36,039 nt of DNA, from positions 1 through 36,039 of the IMG/VR virus record IMGVR_UViG_3300037603_000145. One strand, 5' to 3'. Source of the stretch: a virus (lineage: Duplodnaviria > Caudoviricetes). This document shows, one piece after another, positions 26,688 to 36,039 of the stretch. Both the position numbers and the translations under genes were made by a program. How positions within the stretch are numbered: the first letter of the stretch is position 1; each line of letters begins with the position of its first letter. The notes below the pieces were generated by a model. That model saw only the letters and a list, made by a program, of their open reading frames with translations. It searched no databases and was not told the origin of the DNA.

Positions 26688-29600
26688 ATGTCGAGTAGCT
26701 CAATCGAAGCCGGTCGCGGTCATGTTTCCATCGGTCTCAAGAGCCGTATCGCGGAAGGTTCTTCGCGGGTTGAGAGCGACCTCAACCAGTTGAGTAAAAA
26801 GACGCTCGCCATTGGTGCGACGCTTTCCTTGGCGACAGCCAGTCTTCTTTCCGCCCCGCTGAGTTCTGCTTCTGACCTTCAGGAAACGGTCGGCAAATTC
26901 AACGTCGTCTTCGGTGACTCAGCCGGGATTATGTCGCAGTGGGCTGACACCACCGGCAACGCCATGGGCGAGTCCCGCGAGAGCATGCTGGGGATGCTTG
27001 GGGGCATGCAGGACTTGCTCGTTCCGATGGGTTTGATGCCCAACGTCGCGGAGGGAATGAGTCAGACGCTGACTGGCTTGGCGGTCGACCTTGGCTCGTT
27101 CAATAACATGAGGACGAGCGATACGTTCAGGGACCTCATGGCCGCGATGACTGGCTCCAGTGAGGTCATGAAGAAGTATGGTGTCATCGTTGATGAAACC
27201 GCTGTGAAGCAAGAGCTGCTGGCGATGGGGCTCGACCCTAAGGCAGCCGACAACGCGGCAAAGGCTCAGGCTCGGTTAGCAATCATCATGCGTGGCACGA
27301 CGGCTGCCCAGGGTGACGCAATCCGCACTGCTGATTCGCACGCCAACGTGGTGAAACGATTGTGGTCAACAATCAAAGACGTGTCGGGCGTTGTTGGTGG
27401 TGCATTCCTGCCTGACATGACTGCCTTAGTCAGCGTCGCGTTGTCCGGTGCTGCTGCCGTTGGCGACTTCGCGAAGAACAATCAGGACCTAGTCCGAGTG
27501 CTCGGTTTGGCAACGCTTGCTGCCGGTGGCCTGGGCGTTGCATTGGTTGGCGTCGGAATCTCAGCGAAGATTGCGGCAAGTGCGGTTGGAGTGGTCACGC
27601 TGGCCTCTCAGGTGGCTAGCACCGGAGCTGCTGCCGCGTGGGAAGCCGTCTCGATCGCATTGTGGGTGATCACGCTTAAATCGCGAGTGGCTGCGACCGT
27701 CGTCCAAACGGCGTGGATGGTTGCGGCAAAGGCGATCGCTGTTGGTTGGCAGGTGTTGACAAGCGCAATGTCGATTGCGGTGAAGGGGGCAATCGCTTCG
27801 GTCACTGCAGCGGCAATTGCGACACCTTGGATCGTTGCTGCTACTTCTATCGCGGTGGCTTGGTTTGGGGTGGATGCGGTGCTGCTGTCATCTGCCCTAG
27901 CGGCGAACGCGGCTTGGACTGCCTCTGCTGGTTTTGTGACTGCGGCATGGACCGCATCCGCTGGTGTTCTTATCCCGATTGCGGTTGCGATCGGTGGTGC
28001 GTACACAGCGACCGCCACGTTCATCTCAGCGGCTTGGGCAACACTGTCGGCGGCATTCGTTGGCGCCGGGGTAGCTAGTGTGGCATCGGCGACCATTTCC
28101 AATCTTGCGTGGTCCGCGCTCGGTGCGGTCCAGGCTGCGTTGGCTGCCGAGGCAACATTGTCCGCTGCGATTACATCGCTTGCATGGTCCGGTGCGGCGG
28201 CAGTTTCCTCGCTGGCGTGGTCAGGGTTCGTGACATTGCTGACGGCTGCCTTGGCGCCTGCGTCTTTGATGGCTGCGGCTGGGTTTGCTGTGTCTGGGGC
28301 TTGGACGGTAGGCGCTGCGTTGGTGTCTGCTGCTTGGGCTATTGCCTGGGCAACGATCAGCGGTCCGCTGCTGCCCTTCATTGCGTTGGGTGCTGGTGTC
28401 CTTGGCATCATCACTGCAATGGGTGTTGGCATCAGTGTTCTAGCGGCGAAGTCAGTCGATCTTGGCGCGGGCTTCGAGAAAGCGCGGTCGATGATTGGTG
28501 GCGTCGTTAGCGTCGTGACCGACGTATTCAACACACTTCAGATGGCATTGAGTTCGGGCAACTATGCAACGGCTGCACAGGCTCTTTGGGCAGGCATTCG
28601 TCTTGCATTCTGGGAGGGCGTCAGCGGAGCCATGTCGGCGTTTGGGTGGTTATTCGACGAAGGCATGAAGATGGCGGGGAGGTTCTTTGACTCGCTGCTT
28701 CAGACCACCTGGCGAATCATGAAGGCTGTGGCAAAGGCCATCATGAATCCGTTTGAAGCAGCCAAGGAGATCGGTAGTGCGATCGCTGATTTGGCCAGCA
28801 CGGCAACGAGTTTCAACGTTGATGATCGATCCGCAGCCGCGCGTGCAGAGCTTGCGACTATCCAGGGCATCTTGAGCGCCGAAGCAAAACGGAATCAAAA
28901 CGCAAAAGATGCCAAGAAGGTTGTCGAGGAATCGATCAGCCAACAGGAACGGCTTCGCCAAGAGCTGGAGAAGATCAACCGTCTTCAGAAGGCCGGAGCA
29001 TTAACGCCTGAGCAGGCCAACAAAGCTCGTGAGCACGCCAAGGCAACGATCATGCCGGGGACGCCAACGGCTTCAGCAGACGACCGCGATGTGTTTGGCG
29101 AAAAGGTCAAGGCGTTGGAGCTTGAGATTCTCGCTCTCGAAAAAGGGGAGACCGCAGCGGAACGAAAACGGCTCGCCGACGAGGGGCTGACCAAGGCGCA
29201 GATTGCCCAAATCGAAATGCTCAAACGTAAGAAGCAAGCCATCGAAGAGGCCGCTGAGGCGGAGAAGAACGCTTCGCAGAAACGAGTCGAGCAGGTGTTC
29301 AAACGCGGCGAAGAGCTTTCCGAGCAGGGTGCGTCGCCTGCCCAAGTCTTTGAGAGGGTGATGAGACAAATCAACGTCGACCAAGAAGCAGGACGCATCG
29401 ACAAAGGAACGGCGGAAGACGCCAAGGAGACCGCTCGTGGCAATCTTGATGACCGAATGGAGGCGTTGAAACGAGAAGGCAAAGCGTTGGCCGATGCGCT
29501 GCGAACCCCGGCTGAAATCCTCAACGCCAAGATGAAGGAAATCGCCCAACTACAGGATGCTGGCGCCATCACCGAAGACACGGCATTGCGAGCCGAAGAC

Positions 29601-29849
29601 AAAGCTCGGAAAGAGTTCATGGCCGAACAGGAGCGAGGGATCGAGACCGCGCGGCAAGTTGATGAAACGATTAAGTCGGAACGATCCAAGACCGGCCCCA
29701 CTGGTGCATTCAGTGCAGCAGCTGCCGTGATCATCGGATCTAGCGGCAGCGTGGAAAGTGAATCGCTGAAGGTCCAGAAAGAGACAGCAAAGAACACCGC
29801 ATTCATCGCCAAGCAGGCGAAGAAGAACTCTGCCCCTAGGTTTGCTTGA
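26688..29849 (+). CDS. Tail tape measure protein
   Basis: 1053 aa, Ala-rich, KFNVVFG, LAVDLGSFNN, Trp at about 11-residue spacing. Confidence 0.93.
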   Translation: MSSSSIEAGRGHVSIGLKSRIAEGSSRVESDLNQLSKKTLAIGATLSLATASLLSAPLSSASDLQETVGKFNVVFGDSAGIMSQWADTTGNAMGESRESMLGMLGGMQDLLVPMGLMPNVAEGMSQTLTGLAVDLGSFNNMRTSDTFRDLMAAMTGSSEVMKKYGVIVDETAVKQELLAMGLDPKAADNAAKAQARLAIIMRGTTAAQGDAIRTADSHANVVKRLWSTIKDVSGVVGGAFLPDMTALVSVALSGAAAVGDFAKNNQDLVRVLGLATLAAGGLGVALVGVGISAKIAASAVGVVTLASQVASTGAAAAWEAVSIALWVITLKSRVAATVVQTAWMVAAKAIAVGWQVLTSAMSIAVKGAIASVTAAAIATPWIVAATSIAVAWFGVDAVLLSSALAANAAWTASAGFVTAAWTASAGVLIPIAVAIGGAYTATATFISAAWATLSAAFVGAGVASVASATISNLAWSALGAVQAALAAEATLSAAITSLAWSGAAAVSSLAWSGFVTLLTAALAPASLMAAAGFAVSGAWTVGAALVSAAWAIAWATISGPLLPFIALGAGVLGIITAMGVGISVLAAKSVDLGAGFEKARSMIGGVVSVVTDVFNTLQMALSSGNYATAAQALWAGIRLAFWEGVSGAMSAFGWLFDEGMKMAGRFFDSLLQTTWRIMKAVAKAIMNPFEAAKEIGSAIADLASTATSFNVDDRSAAARAELATIQGILSAEAKRNQNAKDAKKVVEESISQQERLRQELEKINRLQKAGALTPEQANKAREHAKATIMPGTPTASADDRDVFGEKVKALELEILALEKGETAAERKRLADEGLTKAQIAQIEMLKRKKQAIEEAAEAEKNASQKRVEQVFKRGEELSEQGASPAQVFERVMRQINVDQEAGRIDKGTAEDAKETARGNLDDRMEALKREGKALADALRTPAEILNAKMKEIAQLQDAGAITEDTALRAEDKARKEFMAEQERGIETARQVDETIKSERSKTGPTGAFSAAAAVIIGSSGSVESESLKVQKETAKNTAFIAKQAKKNSAPRFA

Positions 29850-30745
29850 TGGCATCTGACCTGAACAACACGCTGCCCAACGGTCTCTACCAGGGCGGAA
29901 CACTTGGCGTCTACAACGGCGTTCGAATCAAAGAGCAACGGGGACGCAGTGGCGTAGACACCACCACGGGAACGGGGACGGCTCAGCGCACTTGGTTGGT
30001 GTCAGGCACCGAAAACCCGCAAACGGCGAAGGCTGCGATGATCGACGGGCCAGTGCTAATCAATCAGTACGACGGCAAATTCATTGAGTCGTTGGAGTAC
30101 GACATCGGGCCGTCGTCCGATAGCTGGGAATTCACGGCTCACTACTCTGCCGCTGTTCCTGACATCGGTGGATACACGGTATCGATTGACACTTCCGGTG
30201 GGACCATCCTTCAGACTGCCAGCTACGAACAAACGAAGTACGCGATTGCAGGTAAGCAAGCACCGGACTTCCACAAGGCCATCGATGTCCAAGATGGGGC
30301 ACCGCAGGGCGTTCAGCGGATCATCCCAGCTCTCAAGATCAACGTTCGGGCAAAGATCGCCACGGAATACGTCTACTCTCCGATGCGGTACGCAAAGCTC
30401 CTTGCGAGGCTCACTGGAACGGTCAACACCGCTTCAATGTTTGGTGGTGAGTTTGGCCCCGGAGAGTTGCTCTTCGCAGGGGCAAGCGGTGAAGTAGTCG
30501 CCGAAGACCCACAATTGACTTTTACCTTCCTTGCCTCGGAGAGCGTTACCAGTTTGTCGATTGGCGGAATCACCGGCATCAACAAGGCTGGGCATTCATA
30601 CATGTGGATGCTCTTCGATACGGACAAGGACCCAACCACAAAGATGCTGGTGAGTAAGCCAAGAGCCGTCTACGTCGACAAGATCTACGGTGATGCCGAT
30701 CACGATCTGATGAAGATTGGACACACCCCAACGGTGGTCGTATGA
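29849..30745 (+). CDS. Tail tip/distal tail protein
   Basis: Immediately after the tape measure gene; GTVN...FGPGELLFAGASG. Confidence 0.6.
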   Translation: MASDLNNTLPNGLYQGGTLGVYNGVRIKEQRGRSGVDTTTGTGTAQRTWLVSGTENPQTAKAAMIDGPVLINQYDGKFIESLEYDIGPSSDSWEFTAHYSAAVPDIGGYTVSIDTSGGTILQTASYEQTKYAIAGKQAPDFHKAIDVQDGAPQGVQRIIPALKINVRAKIATEYVYSPMRYAKLLARLTGTVNTASMFGGEFGPGELLFAGASGEVVAEDPQLTFTFLASESVTSLSIGGITGINKAGHSYMWMLFDTDKDPTTKMLVSKPRAVYVDKIYGDADHDLMKIGHTPTVVV

Positions 30746-31461
30746 GCGACCTGAAGGTCAGACCAGGGCAGCCCATCCGAGCGTCCAGCATCAACAAAAT
30801 CGTTGATCGTCTGGAGAGCAATTCCGCTGGCTTCGCGGCGGCAGGCTTCGTAGTCAATCGAGTCGAGTGTCTTATCAAAAACACCAGCGGCGAAGACCGT
30901 GACCTTGGTGAGCTGATGGTCATCGACGATTGGGACGGTCCCGATGGTGAAAGCCCTTACGAGGTCGGGAAGAACATCGCCTACCTCTGCATTGATCCGG
31001 TTTGGCATTCCCAAATCAGCCGGTTGGTCATTCTTGCTGAGCCAATCCCCGATGGTGAATACGGTCGCGCGGTGTTGAGCGGTCAGTGCCTCGTCAAGAT
31101 CACCGGTGGTGATAGCGACGATGACTTCATCGCCATCGACCCGGAAACGCCCACTGAGGGCCTTGGTACCACATCCGGCTTCGGTCGCATCCTTGCCGTT
31201 CCAGAGGAGGGCGACCACGCGTTGATTGTCTTCCGCGATGAGCAGCCTATGTGGCGGTACGAGCTTACAGAGGACGTCAGTGGGGGCGAGGCGGAGGCCA
31301 AGCTCCTACCTTTGGATTCAAACACTCCGATCGGTGGGACGGAGCGAATCACGATCGACGACTTTGGCGACTACATGGACGACCAGGAAGCGGGAAACCG
31401 TGGGACGTGTTGGTTGGTCGGCAATAAGTTCATTCCTATCCAGGCGAGGTGTGGATCATGA
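30742..31461 (+). CDS. Putative tail protein
   Basis: ATGA-coupled; KVRPGQPIRASSINKIVD, ILAEPIPDGEYGRA. Confidence 0.6.
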   Translation: MSDLKVRPGQPIRASSINKIVDRLESNSAGFAAAGFVVNRVECLIKNTSGEDRDLGELMVIDDWDGPDGESPYEVGKNIAYLCIDPVWHSQISRLVILAEPIPDGEYGRAVLSGQCLVKITGGDSDDDFIAIDPETPTEGLGTTSGFGRILAVPEEGDHALIVFRDEQPMWRYELTEDVSGGEAEAKLLPLDSNTPIGGTERITIDDFGDYMDDQEAGNRGTCWLVGNKFIPIQARCGS

Positions 31462-32033
31462 GCAGGCGTGGTTGTGGGTGTTGTGGCGGTGAGTGCTTTT
31501 GCGGCGACACAATTGATGGCGAGGTGGCGATTAAGTTCACCGTCTCCGGCCTTCTTTCGTCATACGACATGTCTGGGGAGCCTTCGTCCTGGGGGACACC
31601 CTTCACTGTCGACGGGCTTGATCAGTTCAATGGGACCTACCTAGCTGGCTTGCCAGTGTCCGAGCTGAATTGCCAGGTGATGGACAGGACGGAGGTGATA
31701 AATGTCTCGCACAACATCGTGAATTCGCAGCACGGAACGCGAGTGCAGACATTGACTTCCAGTTCGTCGACTGGCGGATCTGGTGTTACGTTCAATCTGC
31801 TATTTGGATTCGGCGGAGGAACACCCGGAAACGCTGGGAACTACGTCTACCAGGAGAGGTTCCACTGCTGGAGCACAGCAAACGGTGCGACGGTCCTATC
31901 GCCTCTCCCTGAAACCACGGTCACGTTTAGCCCTTACGTCCTATTCTGGCGTCAGGCAGGTCCTCCTGGCACCCAGGTGACATCCTCGTATCAGTTCACA
32001 GTCAAAAGGGAATTCGTTGTCATCCCAGTGTGA
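31458..32033 (+). CDS. Putative tail/receptor-binding protein with Cys-rich N-terminus
   Basis: ATGA-coupled; MSRRGCGCCGGECFC followed by a beta-rich region. Confidence 0.55.
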   Translation: MSRRGCGCCGGECFCGDTIDGEVAIKFTVSGLLSSYDMSGEPSSWGTPFTVDGLDQFNGTYLAGLPVSELNCQVMDRTEVINVSHNIVNSQHGTRVQTLTSSSSTGGSGVTFNLLFGFGGGTPGNAGNYVYQERFHCWSTANGATVLSPLPETTVTFSPYVLFWRQAGPPGTQVTSSYQFTVKREFVVIPV

Positions 32034-32388
32034 TCTGTGTGGAGTGTGGCACTCGCGTGACAGTTGCCCGCTATGCCTTCCGGGTGGGCCGGGGACCGAA
32101 CTAGCCAAGATAATTCCGAAATTCTTCGGGGCAGACGGATGCGGGTGTCGTGCCTACGCACGCAAGATGGACCGATGGGGTGTCCGTGGCTGTGAGGAGC
32201 GATTTGACGAGATCGTCGAACACCTGGTGGAGCAAGCGAAGTCGAAGCGGATCATCAGACACTTCGGGGTGGTCAACCGAGTTGTAGCTGCCTGTTGGGT
32301 CCGAAAGACCATCGCCGTCGAAACTGACCGTCTTCAGCGGCACCATAGGGGTGATGAGCGTCCTGGGCATGGTTCCCACGGGCAGTAG
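32017..32388 (+). CDS. Cys-rich hypothetical phage protein
   Basis: CDLC..CPLC, GPGTEL, CGC..ARKMDRWG..GC. Confidence 0.6.
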   Translation: MSSQCDLCGVWHSRDSCPLCLPGGPGTELAKIIPKFFGADGCGCRAYARKMDRWGVRGCEERFDEIVEHLVEQAKSKRIIRHFGVVNRVVAACWVRKTIAVETDRLQRHHRGDERPGHGSHGQ

Positions 32389-32411
32389 CTACTCCGATAC
32401 AGACTCGATCG

Positions 32412-33158
32412 ATGCAGAAAAACACCGCGAACCAACGCTTCTTCGTCAAAGCCTTCGATGAAAACGGCGCGGTGACCGGCGACGCTGCGAACATCACCTG
32501 TCAGCTCTCCATTGATGCCGGTTCCTACGTCGCTACCAACGACGTTAACCCCACTGAGATTGGCACGTCCGGGCAGTACGTTTTTGATCTCACCCAGGCG
32601 GAGACCAACGGCTACGAGTTAAGCTTTGTCCCTGAGTCATCGACATCCGGCGTTCAGGTCATGGGGATGCCGACGAACGTTATCTACACCACAGAGCCAC
32701 TTGATCTGAATGCCCTTGCGCAGGCCGTCGCGGATCGCATGTCCGGGGTTCAGTTATCGTTCCAGCAACAGGCGCAGCTATCGAGCGAGAAACGTCTGTC
32801 TGTCGTCCAGGGCGATGACTACTCACGCAATCCAATCAGGATCGACATCGACGTAGCGGGTGAGATCGACGGCGACACGGACCTGACCGAGACGGTGCTA
32901 GTCGTATCGTTCGAGCGATGGGGATCGCCCTTTGGTTTCCGCATGCCGATCGAAGGCAGCGTGGGCGACTACTACGCGATGTTCTCGGCCTCGTACATAC
33001 AGACTCGCTGGCTACCCGTGGGGCATCACGAAGCGTTGTTCCGAATCGAGTACGAGGCCGATGAGCTATTTACCATCGGCGAGGGTTGGTTCTCGGTGCT
33101 TGGGCAGGCGGTGGATCGGACTGACCTGACGACGGTTGATGACTACGTGGATGTGTAG
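32412..33158 (+). CDS. Putative virion protein (Ig/BppU-like beta domains)
   Basis: GQYVFDLTQAETNG, LSVVQGDDY; last gene of the tail operon. Confidence 0.55.
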   Translation: MQKNTANQRFFVKAFDENGAVTGDAANITCQLSIDAGSYVATNDVNPTEIGTSGQYVFDLTQAETNGYELSFVPESSTSGVQVMGMPTNVIYTTEPLDLNALAQAVADRMSGVQLSFQQQAQLSSEKRLSVVQGDDYSRNPIRIDIDVAGEIDGDTDLTETVLVVSFERWGSPFGFRMPIEGSVGDYYAMFSASYIQTRWLPVGHHEALFRIEYEADELFTIGEGWFSVLGQAVDRTDLTTVDDYVDV

Positions 33159-33259
33159 TCGACACGCTCCATCCAAAGTTTGCTCACCAGCTGAGCCAAT
33201 CCCTGGCGTTTGAATTTGCTAAAATCCCGAGAACCTTTCTCGAATTGCAAGGGATACGC

Positions 33260-34657
33260 ATGGCAAATAGATGGAATCCGACTGACCTGAACTTCGACAA
33301 CGAACCGCTCAAGCGTAGCGATTTCGCGGATCGACTAGAGAGCTTCCTGACCGTCGATCACATATTTGTGCCGGGAAGCTTGGTGGTCTCACTGGAGGCC
33401 CCGTTTGGCTCAGGAAAATCCGTTTTTCTGTCGATGTGGGCAAAACGGCTGAAACTGAACTATCGACAAGGTTCTGATACCCCCGTTCCGGTACTTCTCA
33501 ATGCATGGGAGGATGATTTTGCTGGGAACCCGTTTCTTTCGCTGATTAGCAACCTGATCAAAGCCGTCGAAGAACTGGATATTGGGGACGATGAGCAAAC
33601 AGCCGACTTGCGTGATGCGGCAGCTAAGGCTGGATGGTATCTGACGGGGGTTGCGAACAGTTTTGTGCGGTCAAAGGTCGGGGTTGATTTTGCATCGGGA
33701 GCAAAACTTGCGGAAGAGAAAACCGAAGATGCAGAAAAACGCAACCGCGCCGATTTGGTAAAAGAATTTGAAGCAATGAAGGCTGCGCTAGAAAGCCTAA
33801 AGAAGCTTCTGAGGTCAATTCTCGGCAGCAATAGCGAAATCAAAGCGATTGTTTGCGTTGATGAACTCGATCGATGCAGACCTGATTACGCAATTGCGTA
33901 TTTGGAGACCATAAAGCACATTTTCGACATTCCCGGAATCGCTTTTGTTCTTGCAATCGACAAAGGTCAGCTAGAAAACTCGGCAAGATGTTTGTTCGGG
34001 CAGGACTTAAAGACTGAAGAATATCTGAGGAAATTTGTCCATCGAAGGATCTATCTACCTCGCCCAAGTCCCGAAGATGTCAAGGATTTCGTTGAGTCCT
34101 GTGTTTCGCGTTTTGTAGTTGTGCCAGGTGTCCGTGACAGTCGCCTTTCAGCAAGTGAGTTGCACGCGAGTATCACGAAAATTTGCATCGGTTTCGGGTT
34201 GTCTCTAAGGCAGATCGAATCTGTTTTCCGCACCCTCGGGCATCTTTTCTACACCGAAACATCAAGAGGTGAACTTTTCCCAGCTTTCAACTATGCCAGT
34301 ATGTTTCTTGTTTGCTTGCAAGCTTACGACTCAAAGACTTACGAAGCCTTTCGAAATCGCGATCTGACCGTAGCAGAACTGTTCAAAAAGTTGTTGCCTG
34401 TTTTAGGATGGAACAGCGCAGAGATGTATGTTGGAACGTGCTACTATGGCCAACCGGAACATATGATTTTGGACGGATTCCGCGAGTATCTAAAGCAGAA
34501 TGATCTTCTGGATGACACCGGCAGTTCGAACGATGAACAGCGTGCTAGAAGACGCGAACGGCTGGAATCGAATCTCGCGTCGAGTTGGGGAGACTTTGGG
34601 GAAGAGCCACTGGAACGCGTTTTCAAGAATATTGAAACAGCATCCACTTTTCCCTAG
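33260..34657 (+). CDS. KAP-family P-loop NTPase
   Basis: EAPFGSGKS, NAWEDDF, VCVDELDRCRPDYAI..LETIKH, YLRKF. Confidence 0.92.
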   Translation: MANRWNPTDLNFDNEPLKRSDFADRLESFLTVDHIFVPGSLVVSLEAPFGSGKSVFLSMWAKRLKLNYRQGSDTPVPVLLNAWEDDFAGNPFLSLISNLIKAVEELDIGDDEQTADLRDAAAKAGWYLTGVANSFVRSKVGVDFASGAKLAEEKTEDAEKRNRADLVKEFEAMKAALESLKKLLRSILGSNSEIKAIVCVDELDRCRPDYAIAYLETIKHIFDIPGIAFVLAIDKGQLENSARCLFGQDLKTEEYLRKFVHRRIYLPRPSPEDVKDFVESCVSRFVVVPGVRDSRLSASELHASITKICIGFGLSLRQIESVFRTLGHLFYTETSRGELFPAFNYASMFLVCLQAYDSKTYEAFRNRDLTVAELFKKLLPVLGWNSAEMYVGTCYYGQPEHMILDGFREYLKQNDLLDDTGSSNDEQRARRRERLESNLASSWGDFGEEPLERVFKNIETASTFP

Positions 34658-34740
34658 CGACTGAATGCATGATGATTCTTCAGTTTTTGCCCGCATGGCG
34701 TATCAGGCGGGCTTGTGAGAGGCTTCGCTTGGGAATGCGG

Positions 34741-36039
34741 CTACAGCTTCGGGGCGACCTTAGCGGCACGCACAGCGGCATCTAGTGACTTCTGGGCGTA
34801 GTGGTCAGTCATCAGGGCAGTTGAGTGCCCTAGCAGTGCTTGTGCTTCCTCTGTGCCACCCAGTGCGGCTCTGATTGTCGTGGCGCTCAAGTGGCGCAGT
34901 TGGTAAGGGAACCAGTGAGGACTCCCGGCAGCTTTCTGGGCGCGTTGGAGTGCCTGCCGGTAGGAGTGAGCGTCGTAGTGATCCCTTGGCAGACGTTTCG
35001 GATCTTTCTTCCGATTGGTTCCTTTGCGATTCCCACACGACATCGGAGTCGTTCGTTTGGCAGCTCCGACAGCACGTCGCCATTCCATCGCCTCTTTCGG
35101 TGAGAAACAGTAGGACTCGGGGTGGCGTTGCAGGAAGTCAGTAATCGCATCGCGGGCATCGTCGATGATCGGAACAGCCTTCGCTTTCCCACGCCAGCCG
35201 GTTTTGTGTTTGCTGGGGACGTAAATCCAATTGTCACCTGACCGGTCGATGTCACAGGGACGCATGATGCAAACCTCACCTGGACGCATTCCGGTTGCCA
35301 CCTGGATGCGCAACATCGCCTTGATGATTGGGCTGAGGAACGGAGCGGTCATCCGAACATGCTCGATCGGCACAGGCTTCACCGGTTCAGTTTCGGGAGC
35401 AGTTGTTTGCCCGTTGCGTAGCGTGTCGAGAGTCTTGAGCTGCTGAACCTTGGACACGTCAACAAGTTCCCCTGCCACTGCAATCGTGAACATGCCGATG
35501 ACCGAATTGATGATCCGATTGACGTAGGTTCGTGCGAGTGGCTTCTTCGGCTTCTTGCGTTTGTGTTTCCACTTGGTAGGCATGCCGTTGGCAACCAGCT
35601 CATCACGGAACGCTTTGAGTTTGACCGGTCCAAAGTCATCGACGGTGACGTCGCCAAACATCGAGTCCAGCTTGTCGGCCAATTGCTCGCCACGGTAGCG
35701 ATCCTGGTTCTTCTCTGCGTATTTCTCTTTGAGATGTTCGCGATAGAGAGCGGTGACGTGGCTGACCAGCACCGGAGCGTTGCTCTGGTTGCTTTGAACC
35801 AGCCCCGAGTGGGAAGCGTTCACCATCGCCAACGCCTGATCTTCGATCGACTGAACAGAGAAATCTTCTGGCAGAGAAAGCCCACCGGACTGGTAGGTCG
35901 CGATGAGGACGGCGTAGCGAGCAAGCGATTCAGGCGAATCATGTTTGCCGAGATAGTAGTCCTTGCCGCCGATCGTGCAGACTGACTGCCCGGAAACGTG
36001 GAATCGACGGGCGGGCGCTTTGGACTTTGGACGAGCCAT
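34741..36039 (-). CDS. int: Tyrosine recombinase/integrase (prophage)
   Basis: TGMRPGEV, HKT, YQLRH, LLGHS, DHY. Confidence 0.93.
   Translation of the reverse strand: MARPKSKAPARRFHVSGQSVCTIGGKDYYLGKHDSPESLARYAVLIATYQSGGLSLPEDFSVQSIEDQALAMVNASHSGLVQSNQSNAPVLVSHVTALYREHLKEKYAEKNQDRYRGEQLADKLDSMFGDVTVDDFGPVKLKAFRDELVANGMPTKWKHKRKKPKKPLARTYVNRIINSVIGMFTIAVAGELVDVSKVQQLKTLDTLRNGQTTAPETEPVKPVPIEHVRMTAPFLSPIIKAMLRIQVATGMRPGEVCIMRPCDIDRSGDNWIYVPSKHKTGWRGKAKAVPIIDDARDAITDFLQRHPESYCFSPKEAMEWRRAVGAAKRTTPMSCGNRKGTNRKKDPKRLPRDHYDAHSYRQALQRAQKAAGSPHWFPYQLRHLSATTIRAALGGTEEAQALLGHSTALMTDHYAQKSLDAAVRAAKVAPKL

Larger units (their letters stand above)
6931..36039. mobile_element. Lambda-like (cos, siphovirus) prophage; right boundary beyond the window
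   Basis: att scar at left, ordered head-tail operon 17272-33158, integrase at right. Confidence 0.85.

Noticed and set aside
27608-29938. Long minus-strand ORFs (308 and 317 aa)
   Set aside because: Shadow ORFs of the tape measure gene
31458-33158. Diversity-generating retroelement target
   Set aside because: No reverse transcriptase and no TR/VR repeat pair seen

Overview
Planctomycete-like DNA (inferred from two DUF1580-type HTH proteins, the integrase style and a GTAG-type REP doublet). It appears to hold two integrative elements stacked at one tRNA-Arg(UCG) site. Left (1-6930) is a decaying element with a tyrosine integrase, HTH/excisionase-like genes and two copies of a HUH rolling-circle Rep gene (one broken); a group II intron 3' remnant and a broken IS1182-like element lie between the two rep copies. 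A tRNA-Arg 3'-half att scar lies at 6931-6972. Right (6973-36039+) is a largely complete lambda-like cos siphovirus prophage (terminases, portal, capsid, tail, tape measure, KAP NTPase moron, integrase). The most unusual part is a 2.9-kb cassette (10418-13279) bounded by ~100-bp inverted repeats. It contains a small family-A-polymerase-like gene with an internal polypyrimidine tract, a heavily structured leader with a predicted ~80-nt antisense RNA switch over the start codon, a small membrane protein, and hairpins sharing a UGCCCC loop. I infer an antisense-controlled replication module. All calls come from reading motifs by eye; no searches or folding programs were run.
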